Shown one piece after another: positions 1-8,648 of a DNA stretch of 64,000 nt (positions are counted from its first letter, which is position 1; every line of letters starts with the position of its first letter). The DNA lies in the NCBI GenBank assembly GCA_964386845.1, contig CAYLUH010000005.1:5680-69679 (forward strand), in the 5' to 3' direction. Origin of the DNA: an uncultured Christensenella sp. (GTDB taxonomy: Bacteria; Bacillota; Clostridia; Christensenellales; Borkfalkiaceae). Below the pieces are notes generated by a model. It worked only from the letters and a program-made list of their open reading frames with translations. It searched no databases and was not told the DNA's origin. Made by a program: the position numbers and the translations under genes.

Positions 1-1450
1 ATATTTCGGAAAAGCCGTCAAGATTCATCGCCTTGTCGTAATTGTTGTTTGCTCTCCTTATTGCCAGTTCACGCCTTCTTTCGTATTCTAGGTTGTAAGC
101 CTCTTGCGAGCCGAGTTTGTTTTCTTCTGCTTTGGAAGTTATGCCGTTTATCGTGTAAACGGAATTGTTTTTCCATTGCGACAAAATGCTGTTCATATAT
201 GCGACGGGCGAGGTTTTTCCCGCAGAAAGTTTTGCCGCTTCCAAAATCATATCTTCGGAGAAATTCCAACTTTTCCAAACGTTTAAGTTGTTTCTGTCCC
301 ATTCGGTGGGGCGACGATTAACGCCTGCCGTCAAGAGCATTTTAGAAATAAACTTGTCAACGTTTTTAATGCTTTCAAAATAATCGCCGACGCTGGATAA
401 TTCGATAATGCCACGCTCTTGTAAAGATAAAACCAAATCGTTCATATCCTGCAAAGTGTTTTTGCCTATTCTGAAAGAATGAGATGCGATAAACAAAAGC
501 GTTTCTTCGGAAAATCCCAAAGATATCCAAGGCATAACGTAGTTGTCTATTTCTGCGTCGAGCACTTCTATAAACACGGAGAGAGCCTTGTTGATTTTAA
601 TGGTGAGTTCAAACACGCTTTGCTTTTTAGATACGTAGTTTTGAATTTCTTCTTTCGACAAACATCTTTTAGAGTACAATTCTTTTAAGAATTCGTCTAG
701 TTTTGCCATCGACCCTTTTTTTATTTTAGAGGCGGCAAACACGATGTTGTCGATATCGAATTCGAGGTCTTTCGTCCAAGTGCGTAAAAGTTTTAAGTCT
801 TCAATTTCGGGCGTCCTTTTAAGTTTTAACGCCTTCAATATTTTTTCTATTTCAGAGGTGCGAAGCACGTAAGATTCAAGTTCTTTTTCCACCTTTTCGA
901 CGGTAGTTATACCTCTTGCACCAAAGTCTTTTGCGACAGTCGATATGTACTTGTATCCGATATCCGTTCCCTTTTTGTCAACGCAATATTTAACAATCAT
1001 AAGCATTGCTTCGGGTTTTATGGAATAAGTTTCCATAATGGAATAATACTCTTGATATTCGTGTGTAGAAATCATTCTGCCGGGCAGTAGCGCTTGAACG
1101 CCCCCCGAAAACTCCGTGTATTTTTCGGCGTTATATTTCCTCGGCTTCGTTCCGAATCCCGTGCGAATGGGGAGGTAAGAAACGGAGAAAGGCTCGTTTG
1201 ACAAAATGGAGCAAATGCCGAATTCTTCCCAATATTTAAAGCAATCTATAATTTCCGATTTTTCCAGTTTCAAAATTTTACCCATATCGTCGATACTTTG
1301 GTCAATCGACGGGTTTTTGCAAAGGAAAAGTCCGTAAAGGTAAACCTTCACGGCAGTGCCCGAAGAAACGGGTAAATATTCCGTAATGAATGCGTTTTCC
1401 ACGTCTGTAAAGGAACTGGAAACAAGTTCTTTAGAATAAGTAAAAGTCAT
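1..1450 (-). CDS. DnaD-domain replication initiation / helicase-loading accessory protein (B. subtilis DnaD/DnaB-like), 3' end outside window
   Basis: The minus-strand frame is open from ATG (1450-1448) to the window edge. It has no stop, so it is absent from the ORF track. My translation begins MTFTYSKELVSSSFTDVENAFITEYLPVSSGTAVKVYLYGLFL and later contains DnaD-type repeats (..YKYISTVAKDFGARGITTVEKVE.., ..SPVAYMNSILSQWKNN..), as in the PF07261 family. Confidence 0.75.
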   Translation of the reverse strand, partial: MTFTYSKELVSSSFTDVENAFITEYLPVSSGTAVKVYLYGLFLCKNPSIDQSIDDMGKILKLEKSEIIDCFKYWEEFGICSILSNEPFSVSYLPIRTGFGTKPRKYNAEKYTEFSGGVQALLPGRMISTHEYQEYYSIMETYSIKPEAMLMIVKYCVDKKGTDIGYKYISTVAKDFGARGITTVEKVEKELESYVLRTSEIEKILKALKLKRTPEIEDLKLLRTWTKDLEFDIDNIVFAASKIKKGSMAKLDEFLKELYSKRCLSKEEIQNYVSKKQSVFELTIKINKALSVFIEVLDAEIDNYVMPWISLGFSEETLLFIASHSFRIGKNTLQDMNDLVLSLQERGIIELSSVGDYFESIKNVDKFISKMLLTAGVNRRPTEWDRNNLNVWKSWNFSEDMILEAAKLSAGKTSPVAYMNSILSQWKNNSVYTINGITSKAEENKLGSQEAYNLEYERRRELAIRRANNNYDKAMNLDGFSEI

Positions 1451-1492
1451 TTTCATTTGCCTTATAAATTTTATTATAAACTCAAAAATCAC

Positions 1493-1521
1493 TTGCAAAC
1501 AAAGTTGCTATATATTATAAT
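1493..1521 (+). promoter_or_regulatory. candidate sigma-A promoter (TTGCAA-17 nt-TATAAT) in the divergent intergenic region
   Basis: TTGCAA at 1493-1498, a 17-nt spacer, then TATAAT at 1516-1521. The region is AT-rich, so a chance match is possible. Confidence 0.4.
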
Positions 1522-1661
1522 GTTATATATTGACAGTGGGTGAGTTTACGTAAAAATAAAAAACCTTTTATAGATAGTGAAAATCATTATACTTTAAGAA
1601 TTGTCAAAAATCAAGTAAAAATTTCAAAATAAAAAATAAAGTTGTTAATCACGAGGTAAAG

Positions 1662-3344
1662 ATGCCAATAAATATTTTCTCTCCACAATCTTTTTGGTCG
1701 GAATTTAGCATAGACGAAGTTAGCGCAGAAGTATTGTCGGAAAAAAAGGTAAGAGAGATTGTACACACAAAACTCATAATAAACGGAAAAAAGACGGAGA
1801 ACGGGCAAGTGCGCATATCGGCATATATGGCAAAGCAAAGCGACGTGCAGACAAAAAGTGCCGTTATTTTAACAAACAAGTCGGAACTTTCTTTCGACGA
1901 TAAAGTGGTTTTAGATTTAGCAAAGAACGGATTTATCGTGTTGGCAGTCGATTTGACGGGTAGGTGCGAAGGAAAAGAGGAATGTACCGTTTATCCCGAG
2001 GACGTGGGGTACGCAAATTACGAAGTTGCAAGGCAGGATATAATTTCTGCCACGGGCGACATTTATAAAAGTTGTTGGTACGAATGGGGCGTTTCTTTCA
2101 GATACGTCGTCGAGTACTTAAAAAGTATCGGCATAGAAAAAATAGGCGCAGTCGGTGTCGGCAACTCGGCGACTCCCGTTTGGCACGCCATCGCAACGAC
2201 GGAAGACGTTGCTTGCGCAGTTATGGTTGGAAACGCAGGCTGGCGAGTATATAAAAATATGGATAAATTCAGCGACGAGGTTGACCCTACTTTTACAGAC
2301 GAAGAGTTGCAAGTTTTGGCAGGCATAGAACCACAATCGTATGCAAAAAGCGTAAAGTGTCCCGTGTTAATGTTGTCGAGTACTAACAGTTTTCTTTACG
2401 ACGCAGATAGAGCGTTCGACACTGTTGAAAGGATAAACGACGACTTGTATAAGGCAATAAATTATTCTGCAAACTTTATCGAGGGCGTCGATTATCAGTC
2501 TTACGTGGATATGAAAATATTTTTAAGGGAACATCTTTTAGAAAAGAGGCCTGCATATCTTCCGTCGTCGCCTGAAATAAAAGCAGATATAGTAGACGGT
2601 AAAATAGAGGTAGAGGTTACCCCGTGCGAAAAGAAGGGTAAAAATCCCGTAAAGCCGGTTGCCGTTTATCTTTACGCATCGGAGGGCGTGCAAAAATCTT
2701 ACCTTCGTTGTTGGAAAAAGTTGCAAGGCGAAAATATTAAAAACAAGTGGGTTTTCAATTATCTTCCCTTTGCAAAAAGCAAGATAGCAACTTTTTTTGC
2801 AAAGTGCGAATACGAAAACGGTTACACGGTAAGTTCCAAAATAATTGCCAAAAAATTCGGCGAGGAGGAGGAGGTTTTTACCACTTTAAAATCGTCAATA
2901 ATGTATTCGGGCAGAGAAGAAAATTCAGAGAGTGCGTTTTCGGGAGTGTTCGATTGCACGTTCGATTTAGAAAATAAAGCAAAAGTCGTCGTTAAAAACG
3001 GACCGATGGACATTTGTGGAATTCGTGCAGAGTCGGGGCTTATAACTTTTAAGGTAAACGCCGAAAGGGATAAACCGAAAGAAGACGCCATTTTGATGTT
3101 CGATTTGTTTGCCAAGCAAGATTTAGAATTTACGGTAAGCATATTCGTAGATTTCTTAAATCAAACGAAAGAATACTCCACGAAATTCAGTGTCGTCGGA
3201 GGCAAGGTTTGGCACAACGTAAGATTAGATAAATTAAAATTCAAAACGGCAGAGGGTAAAATATTAAAAAATTACGAAAACGTAAACGCAGTTAAGTTTT
3301 ACGGAGAGGGCGTTTACTTAATAAATAACGTACTTTGGGTATAA
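1662..3344 (+). CDS. alpha/beta-hydrolase-fold-like protein with large uncharacterised C-terminal region
   Basis: 560-aa ORF with GAGG 6 nt upstream of the ATG. The N-terminal ~270 aa resembles the dienelactone-hydrolase / acetyl-xylan-esterase fold (..GFIVLAVDLTGRCEG.., ..IGAVGVGNSATPVW.., ..CPVLMLSSTNSFLYDADRAF..). No signal peptide is visible. Confidence 0.55.
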   Translation: MPINIFSPQSFWSEFSIDEVSAEVLSEKKVREIVHTKLIINGKKTENGQVRISAYMAKQSDVQTKSAVILTNKSELSFDDKVVLDLAKNGFIVLAVDLTGRCEGKEECTVYPEDVGYANYEVARQDIISATGDIYKSCWYEWGVSFRYVVEYLKSIGIEKIGAVGVGNSATPVWHAIATTEDVACAVMVGNAGWRVYKNMDKFSDEVDPTFTDEELQVLAGIEPQSYAKSVKCPVLMLSSTNSFLYDADRAFDTVERINDDLYKAINYSANFIEGVDYQSYVDMKIFLREHLLEKRPAYLPSSPEIKADIVDGKIEVEVTPCEKKGKNPVKPVAVYLYASEGVQKSYLRCWKKLQGENIKNKWVFNYLPFAKSKIATFFAKCEYENGYTVSSKIIAKKFGEEEEVFTTLKSSIMYSGREENSESAFSGVFDCTFDLENKAKVVVKNGPMDICGIRAESGLITFKVNAERDKPKEDAILMFDLFAKQDLEFTVSIFVDFLNQTKEYSTKFSVVGGKVWHNVRLDKLKFKTAEGKILKNYENVNAVKFYGEGVYLINNVLWV

Positions 3345-3345
3345 A

Positions 3346-3531
3346 ATGAAATTTATCGAGAACGCAAAAATAATAGCAAAAAAACCACACGCCTGTGGAA
3401 CAAACGGGTGGACGGTTATTCGTGTCGGAGCAGACGTTAAACTCAAATGCGACGGCTGTGGAAAAATACTTATTTTGTCATACGACGAAGCCAAAAAAAT
3501 AATAAAAAGGTACGTTGAACCTAATGAGTGA
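3346..3531 (+). CDS. DUF951 family small protein (YyzM-like)
   Basis: 61 aa. KKPHACGTNGWTVIRVGADVKLKCDGCGKIL matches the DUF951 signature (PHPCG..W.I.R.GADI..KC..CG). Confidence 0.85.
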   Translation: MKFIENAKIIAKKPHACGTNGWTVIRVGADVKLKCDGCGKILILSYDEAKKIIKRYVEPNE

Positions 3532-4120
3532 GTTTGTTAAAATAAAAAACAACTTAATAGAGGACGAAAGGCAAAACCAAAAAGAAACAAATTGGCTTTT
3601 GTCGATAATGGCAAGCCTTTTGTTCGTCGCATCGATAGTTTTGTTTTTGAACACATTCGTTTTTATAAACATAAGCGTTGTGGGAGAATCGATGTTAAAC
3701 ACGTTGCAAAGTGGCGACGTCGTTATAGCCAACCGATTAAAAGAGGCAGAGCACGGCGACATAATAGTTTTGGACGGAGTTAAACAAAACGGTTGGATTA
3801 TAAAGAGAGTAATCGGATTAGAAGGCGACACCGTGATGATAAAGGACGGCAAGGTTTTTTTGAACGGGGAAGCACTCGACGAGCCGTACGCAAAAGGCAT
3901 AACTTATGCTTACGGCGTTATTTCTGAAGGCGTTCCTGTAACGCTTGAAGAGGGGCAGATTTTTTATCTTGGCGACAACAGAACAAACAGTAGCGACACG
4001 AGAATGTACGGGCTTTGTACGACGGAAAACGTCGTGTGCGTCGTGGAAGACTGGTCTCTTAATTTAAGGCATATAACGGCAAAACTAGTCGGCTTTTTTT
4101 CAACGTCTAACGGGCATTAA
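3515..4120 (+). CDS. lepB: signal peptidase I (S26)
   Basis: N-terminal TM segment, GESMLNTL (catalytic Ser box), IKRVIGLEGD (Lys box) and GDNRTNSSDTR. The start is either TTG 3515 or ATG 3524. Confidence 0.9.
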   Translation: MNLMSEFVKIKNNLIEDERQNQKETNWLLSIMASLLFVASIVLFLNTFVFINISVVGESMLNTLQSGDVVIANRLKEAEHGDIIVLDGVKQNGWIIKRVIGLEGDTVMIKDGKVFLNGEALDEPYAKGITYAYGVISEGVPVTLEEGQIFYLGDNRTNSSDTRMYGLCTTENVVCVVEDWSLNLRHITAKLVGFFSTSNGH

Positions 4121-4138
4121 AAAGGGAGCGATAAAGTA

Positions 4139-4672
4139 ATGGCAAAGAAAAAAAGTCCCGTCGGCAAATTTTTTTCAGACGTTGCCAACGGAATATATTT
4201 TTTAATCAGTTGCGTAAATCTTCAATATGCGATACTCGTATTGCTCGTAGGACTTGTGCTCTTTTTAACGGGTGTGTTTAGCAGTGCGCCCGTCGTAAAA
4301 ACGATATTTTTCATCGTGCTTGCGATAACGATATTTCTTGCTATATTTTTAACGATAAAAAAACTTTTCGTAAAAAAAAGCGATAAGAAAAAGAAAAAAG
4401 ACGTCGGAGACGTTTCTGATTTCGGAACGGAAAATACGGCAAAACAAAATCAGGTTGAGAGTGAAAATCAAAGCGTCGTAACATTACCTATAACAGAGCA
4501 AATGGAAATAGCAAAAGAAAACGGGGTTACGGAAAAATCTGTCGTTTATCCTATTTACTCAAAGGTAAGGCAAAACAACAATTACGTTATGGCAGAGTTT
4601 GAGGATAGGTACGAGTTGTATTATAACTCTGAAAAAGGTTTAGTGAGGGTGCGTACAGATTACAAAAAATAA
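4139..4672 (+). CDS. hypothetical membrane protein (two or three TM segments, K-rich linker, small C-terminal domain)
   Basis: 177-aa ORF with hydrophobic segments LISCVNLQYAILVLLVGLVLFLTGVF and TIFFIVLAITIFLAIFLTI. I recognise no family. Confidence 0.6.
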   Translation: MAKKKSPVGKFFSDVANGIYFLISCVNLQYAILVLLVGLVLFLTGVFSSAPVVKTIFFIVLAITIFLAIFLTIKKLFVKKSDKKKKKDVGDVSDFGTENTAKQNQVESENQSVVTLPITEQMEIAKENGVTEKSVVYPIYSKVRQNNNYVMAEFEDRYELYYNSEKGLVRVRTDYKK

Positions 4673-4683
4673 AGGAGAAAAAA

Positions 4684-5259
4684 ATGGAATACTTTACTAA
4701 CGAAGATTATTTGCAAGCGAAAAAGCAGAGAAAAAAAACTCTTGCCGTGTATATCGCAGTATTGTCGGTATACTTAGCGATATCCGTTTGCATTTTAATT
4801 TTTTACATGAATCTTCCTTACGGCTCTAGCCTCAACACATGGGTAAGGGTTGCCGAGTATACGCTAACTTTTTTGATGGTTGTTTTCACTTTCATATATA
4901 TGGGTATACCGTACAAGCGTGTCAACGATTATTACAAAACTTGTAAAAATATGAAAGAGGGGTTAAAAGAAAGTTCGCAAGGCGTTTTGAAAGAAACGAG
5001 CGAGGAAGTACAACGGAAGAACGGCGTCGATATGAAAGCCATGACCTTTTCCGTGTATAACCAAATAAAGAAGGGATATTTTGAAAGAAAGGTTTTAGTT
5101 TTTCACGAAAAGCCTTTCCCTGAAATAGATATAGAAGATACGGTAAAATTCGTAACGCAGGGCAACGTTTTGTTGAGTTACGAAATATTAAACAAAGCCG
5201 AACACAAAAAAACCGAAGAAGGAGAAAACAATGAAAGCGATAGTAACGGTGATAGGTAA
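4684..5259 (+). CDS. hypothetical membrane protein (2 TM plus soluble C-terminal domain)
   Basis: 191-aa ORF with GGAG upstream and TM segments LAVYIAVLSVYLAISVCILIFY and VAEYTLTFLMVVFTFIYMGI. Its 3' end overlaps the ACT gene by 29 nt. Confidence 0.6.
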   Translation: MEYFTNEDYLQAKKQRKKTLAVYIAVLSVYLAISVCILIFYMNLPYGSSLNTWVRVAEYTLTFLMVVFTFIYMGIPYKRVNDYYKTCKNMKEGLKESSQGVLKETSEEVQRKNGVDMKAMTFSVYNQIKKGYFERKVLVFHEKPFPEIDIEDTVKFVTQGNVLLSYEILNKAEHKKTEEGENNESDSNGDR

Positions 5260-5500
5260 AGATAAATCGGGCATAATAGCAAAGGTGTCGAGTAAAATTG
5301 CAGATGCAGGCATCAACATAGAGGATATAAGTCAAACGATAGTACAAGGCAATTTTACAATGCTTATGCTATGCGATTTTTCAAACAGTGAATTATCGCT
5401 AAAAGATTTTCACGACCAAATGATTGAACTCGGCAACAAAATCGGCGTATCCATTCACGTTCAGCACGAAGATATTTTTAACGTTATGCACAAGATTTAA
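5231..5500 (+). CDS. ACT domain protein, UPF0237 family
   Basis: MKAIVTVIGKDKSGIIAKVSSKIADAGINIEDISQT is typical of UPF0237 ACT proteins, which are always paired with UPF0210. Confidence 0.88.
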   Translation: MKAIVTVIGKDKSGIIAKVSSKIADAGINIEDISQTIVQGNFTMLMLCDFSNSELSLKDFHDQMIELGNKIGVSIHVQHEDIFNVMHKI

Positions 5501-5513
5501 CGGGTAGTAAGAG

Positions 5514-6875
5514 ATGAGTATTTTAAACAGAAACGAAATTATAGAAACCATCGACATGGTGGAGAAAGAGCATTTTGATATAAGAACGATAACGATGGGC
5601 ATATCGCTTTTATCGTGCATAAGAGACAGTGCGAAAGAGACGGCGTCGCTTTGTTACGACACCATTTGTAAAAAGGCGGAAAACATCGTTAAGGTTGCAA
5701 ACGACTTAGGTAAAGAATACGGAATTCCAATCATAAACAAGCGTGTATCCATAACGCCTGCGAGTATGCTTACGGCAAACTTTAAGGGTGAGGAAATAGT
5801 GCTTGCAAAAGCACTGGATAACGCCGCAAAGACAATCGGCATAGACTTTTTGGGTGGATATTCTGCGCTCGTGCAAAAGGGTATGACGGACTTTGAAAGG
5901 TCTTTTATAGAAAGTATTCCCGAGGCGCTTGCTTGCACGGAAAGGCTTTGCTCGTCGGTCAACGTCGGCTCGTCGAGAAGTGGAATCAATTTAGACGCAG
6001 TTGCGTTAATGGGAAAAATAATCAAAGAGACGGCGAGAAAAACAGCAAAGGACGACGGGCTGGGAGCCGCCAAATTAGTGGTATTTTGTAACGCCGTAGA
6101 GGATAATCCGTTTATGGCAGGTGCTTTCCACGGCGTCGGAGAAGCAGAAACGGTAATAAACGTCGGCGTTTCGGGACCCGGGGTTGTTCATCACGCATTA
6201 AAGTCTTGCAAAGGACAAAGAATAGAAGAAGTTTGCGAAACGATAAAACGCACGGCATTCAAAATTACGAGGGCTGGCGGGCTTATCGGTAAGGAGGCGT
6301 CAAAGAGATTAAACGCCGAATTCGGCATACTCGATTTGTCGCTTGCGCCAACACCGGTTATGGGAGACAGCGTTGCGCACATTTTGGAAGAAATAGGCTT
6401 AGAATCGGTCGGTGCACACGGCACGACGGCGACGCTTGCTTTACTTAACGACGCAGTGAAAAAAGGTGGCGTTATGGCAGTAGGCAACGTCGGAGGTTTG
6501 TCGGGAGCGTTTATTCCCGTCAGTGAAGATATAGGAATGATAAATGCTGCCGAAAAGGGCGCTATAAGTTTGGATAAGTTGGAAGCGATGACTGCTGTAT
6601 GCAGTGTCGGAATAGATATGGTTGCCGTTCCGGGCGACACGCCGGAAACGACGATAAGCGGAATGATTGCAGACGAATCCGCAATAGGTATGATAAACAA
6701 CAAAACGACGGCTGTAAGGATAATTCCCGTTCCAAATAAAAAAGTTGGAGAATACGTTGAATTCGGTGGACTTTTGGGAAGGGCGCCCATTATGAAAGTA
6801 AGCAAGTATTCTTGTTCGGAATTTATCGAGCGTGGTGGAAGAATTCCTGCGCCGATACATAGTTTTAAGAATTAA
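5514..6875 (+). CDS. UPF0210 (DUF711, PFL-like fold) protein
   Basis: [36 protein letters not shown] matches the UPF0210 family signature. 453 aa. Confidence 0.88.
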   Translation: MSILNRNEIIETIDMVEKEHFDIRTITMGISLLSCIRDSAKETASLCYDTICKKAENIVKVANDLGKEYGIPIINKRVSITPASMLTANFKGEEIVLAKALDNAAKTIGIDFLGGYSALVQKGMTDFERSFIESIPEALACTERLCSSVNVGSSRSGINLDAVALMGKIIKETARKTAKDDGLGAAKLVVFCNAVEDNPFMAGAFHGVGEAETVINVGVSGPGVVHHALKSCKGQRIEEVCETIKRTAFKITRAGGLIGKEASKRLNAEFGILDLSLAPTPVMGDSVAHILEEIGLESVGAHGTTATLALLNDAVKKGGVMAVGNVGGLSGAFIPVSEDIGMINAAEKGAISLDKLEAMTAVCSVGIDMVAVPGDTPETTISGMIADESAIGMINNKTTAVRIIPVPNKKVGEYVEFGGLLGRAPIMKVSKYSCSEFIERGGRIPAPIHSFKN

Positions 6876-6890
6876 AGGAAGTGTTTTTAA

Positions 6891-8639
6891 GTGAATAAAT
6901 ACGAGTGGAGTATAGAAGATATTTATAGCACGCCGGAAGAATTTGAAAAAGAGTTATCAAGTTTGCAAGGGGAAATTGATTTTTCCGAATATAAGGGTAA
7001 ACTCGGCGAAAAGAAATATTTTTTAGAATGCCAAAAAAAGTTAGAAAACTTATCACGCCGTTTAGAAAAACTTTCCGTTTACGCCATGATGAATCACGAC
7101 GTGGACACGGCTAACAGTCAATTCGACGCAATGGTTTCAAAAACGACGTCGCTTTACGTAAAGTTTGCAGAAAAATGTGCGTTTATAGAGCCCGAACTTT
7201 TAAGCCTTGACGAAAGCGTTTTAATATCCTATGCGGGCGATAAAGATTTAAGCGATTACGATTATTACTTAAAAGGCTTGTTAAAGTCGAAGTCGCATAT
7301 TTTAAGCGAAAGCGAAGAAAGTTTGCTTGCTAATTTGGGCGACGTTTTTTCCTCTTTCAAAGAGATATTTACAAAAATCGACAATGCAGACTTGCCTCTT
7401 TGCGAGTTAGAGCACGACGGCGAAAAAATAGAACTTACGCACGGAACTTACGGCGTTATACTTCACGGCGAAGACAGGCTTTTAAGAGAAAAGGCTTTTA
7501 AGAGTTATTATTCTGCCTACAAGTCTTTGATTAACACCATATCCACAACCTATTACGGCAACGTTAAAAAGGACGTTTTCAGTGCGAAGGTAAGGAAGTA
7601 CGACAGTGTTTTGGATAAAGCGCTTTTTTGCGAAGACGTCGATAAAAAAGTTTACGAAAAACTGTTAAAAAGCGTTAACGACGCATTGCCGATTTTACAC
7701 GATTTTATCAAAACCAAAAAGCAAGTTTTGGGATACGACGAAATGCATATGTACGACATATATGCACCCATTACGCACGGTGGCGAATTAAAACTCGATT
7801 ACGAAGACGCTTATAGTTTGGTCGTAGACGGACTGTCGCCACTAGGTAAAGAATATAAAGAATTGTTAAAGAGGGCGAAAGAGGAGCGTTGGCTTTCCGT
7901 GTACGAAACCAAAAACAAGCGAAGTGGTGCGTATAGCGTTGCCGTTTACGATACTCACCCGTACGTTTTGTTAAATTACCAAAAAACCACGCACGACGTG
8001 TTTACGATAGCGCACGAATTGGGTCACAGTATGCACTCTTATTTTTCCAACAAGAGTCAGCCTTACGCAAAAGCCGATTACAAAATATTCGTGGCAGAAG
8101 TGGCAAGCACGGTAAACGAAGTGTTGCTTGTTAAGTATCTTTTGAAAACTGCAACGGACGTCGGCGTGAGAAAATATTTGTTAGTCTACTTGATGGATAT
8201 GATAAGGACGACGATTTTCAGGCAGACGCAATTTTCCGAATTTGAAGAATTTGCTCATTCTCAAGTGGAAAAGGGAATACCTCTGACAAAGGACTCTATG
8301 AGCGACTATTATTTAGAGTTAAACAAAAAGTATTACGGCAAAGATATAATCCACGACGATGAAATTAAATACGAATGGGCAAGAATTCCTCATTTTTATA
8401 GGGCGTTTTACGTTTATAAATATGCAAGTGGTTTAATAAGTGCGCTTGCCATAGCAGACAGAATTTTGACGGAGGGCGAAGTTGCCGTCAAAGATTATTT
8501 TGCATTTTTGTCGTCGGGAGGAAGCGACAGCCCCGTGGAATTGTTAAAAATCGCAGGGGTAAACTTGTTGGAAGACAAACCTTACGAGAGGGCGTTTAAG
8601 GTGTTTGAGGACGCACTTAAAGAGTTTAAGGAGTTATAA
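6891..8639 (+). CDS. pepF: oligoendopeptidase F (M3B)
   Basis: 582 aa with the HELGHSMH zinc motif and typical PepF length. GTG start with AAGGAAG upstream. Confidence 0.9.
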   Translation: MNKYEWSIEDIYSTPEEFEKELSSLQGEIDFSEYKGKLGEKKYFLECQKKLENLSRRLEKLSVYAMMNHDVDTANSQFDAMVSKTTSLYVKFAEKCAFIEPELLSLDESVLISYAGDKDLSDYDYYLKGLLKSKSHILSESEESLLANLGDVFSSFKEIFTKIDNADLPLCELEHDGEKIELTHGTYGVILHGEDRLLREKAFKSYYSAYKSLINTISTTYYGNVKKDVFSAKVRKYDSVLDKALFCEDVDKKVYEKLLKSVNDALPILHDFIKTKKQVLGYDEMHMYDIYAPITHGGELKLDYEDAYSLVVDGLSPLGKEYKELLKRAKEERWLSVYETKNKRSGAYSVAVYDTHPYVLLNYQKTTHDVFTIAHELGHSMHSYFSNKSQPYAKADYKIFVAEVASTVNEVLLVKYLLKTATDVGVRKYLLVYLMDMIRTTIFRQTQFSEFEEFAHSQVEKGIPLTKDSMSDYYLELNKKYYGKDIIHDDEIKYEWARIPHFYRAFYVYKYASGLISALAIADRILTEGEVAVKDYFAFLSSGGSDSPVELLKIAGVNLLEDKPYERAFKVFEDALKEFKEL

Positions 8640-8648
8640 GGAGAAACA

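Noticed and set aside
1501-1530. dif-like sequence (..TATATTATAATGTTATAT..) resembling the XerD arm TTATGTTAAAT or the B. subtilis dif core.
   Set aside because: Only the AT-rich right half is similar, and the left (XerC) arm does not match. The site coincides with a -10 promoter element in an AT-rich divergent promoter region, so a chance match is likely.
6191-6805. Long antisense ORFs of 130-227 aa opposite known genes: 6191-6805, 25887-26372, 30866-31549, 46379-46981, 52797-53402 and 5654-6073.
   Set aside because: Each lies fully inside, or across, a confidently identified gene on the other strand. They have low-complexity or odd composition (S/T/F/L-rich), no SD and no recognisable family. 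Purine-rich, low-GC coding strands typically leave such stop-poor antisense frames.
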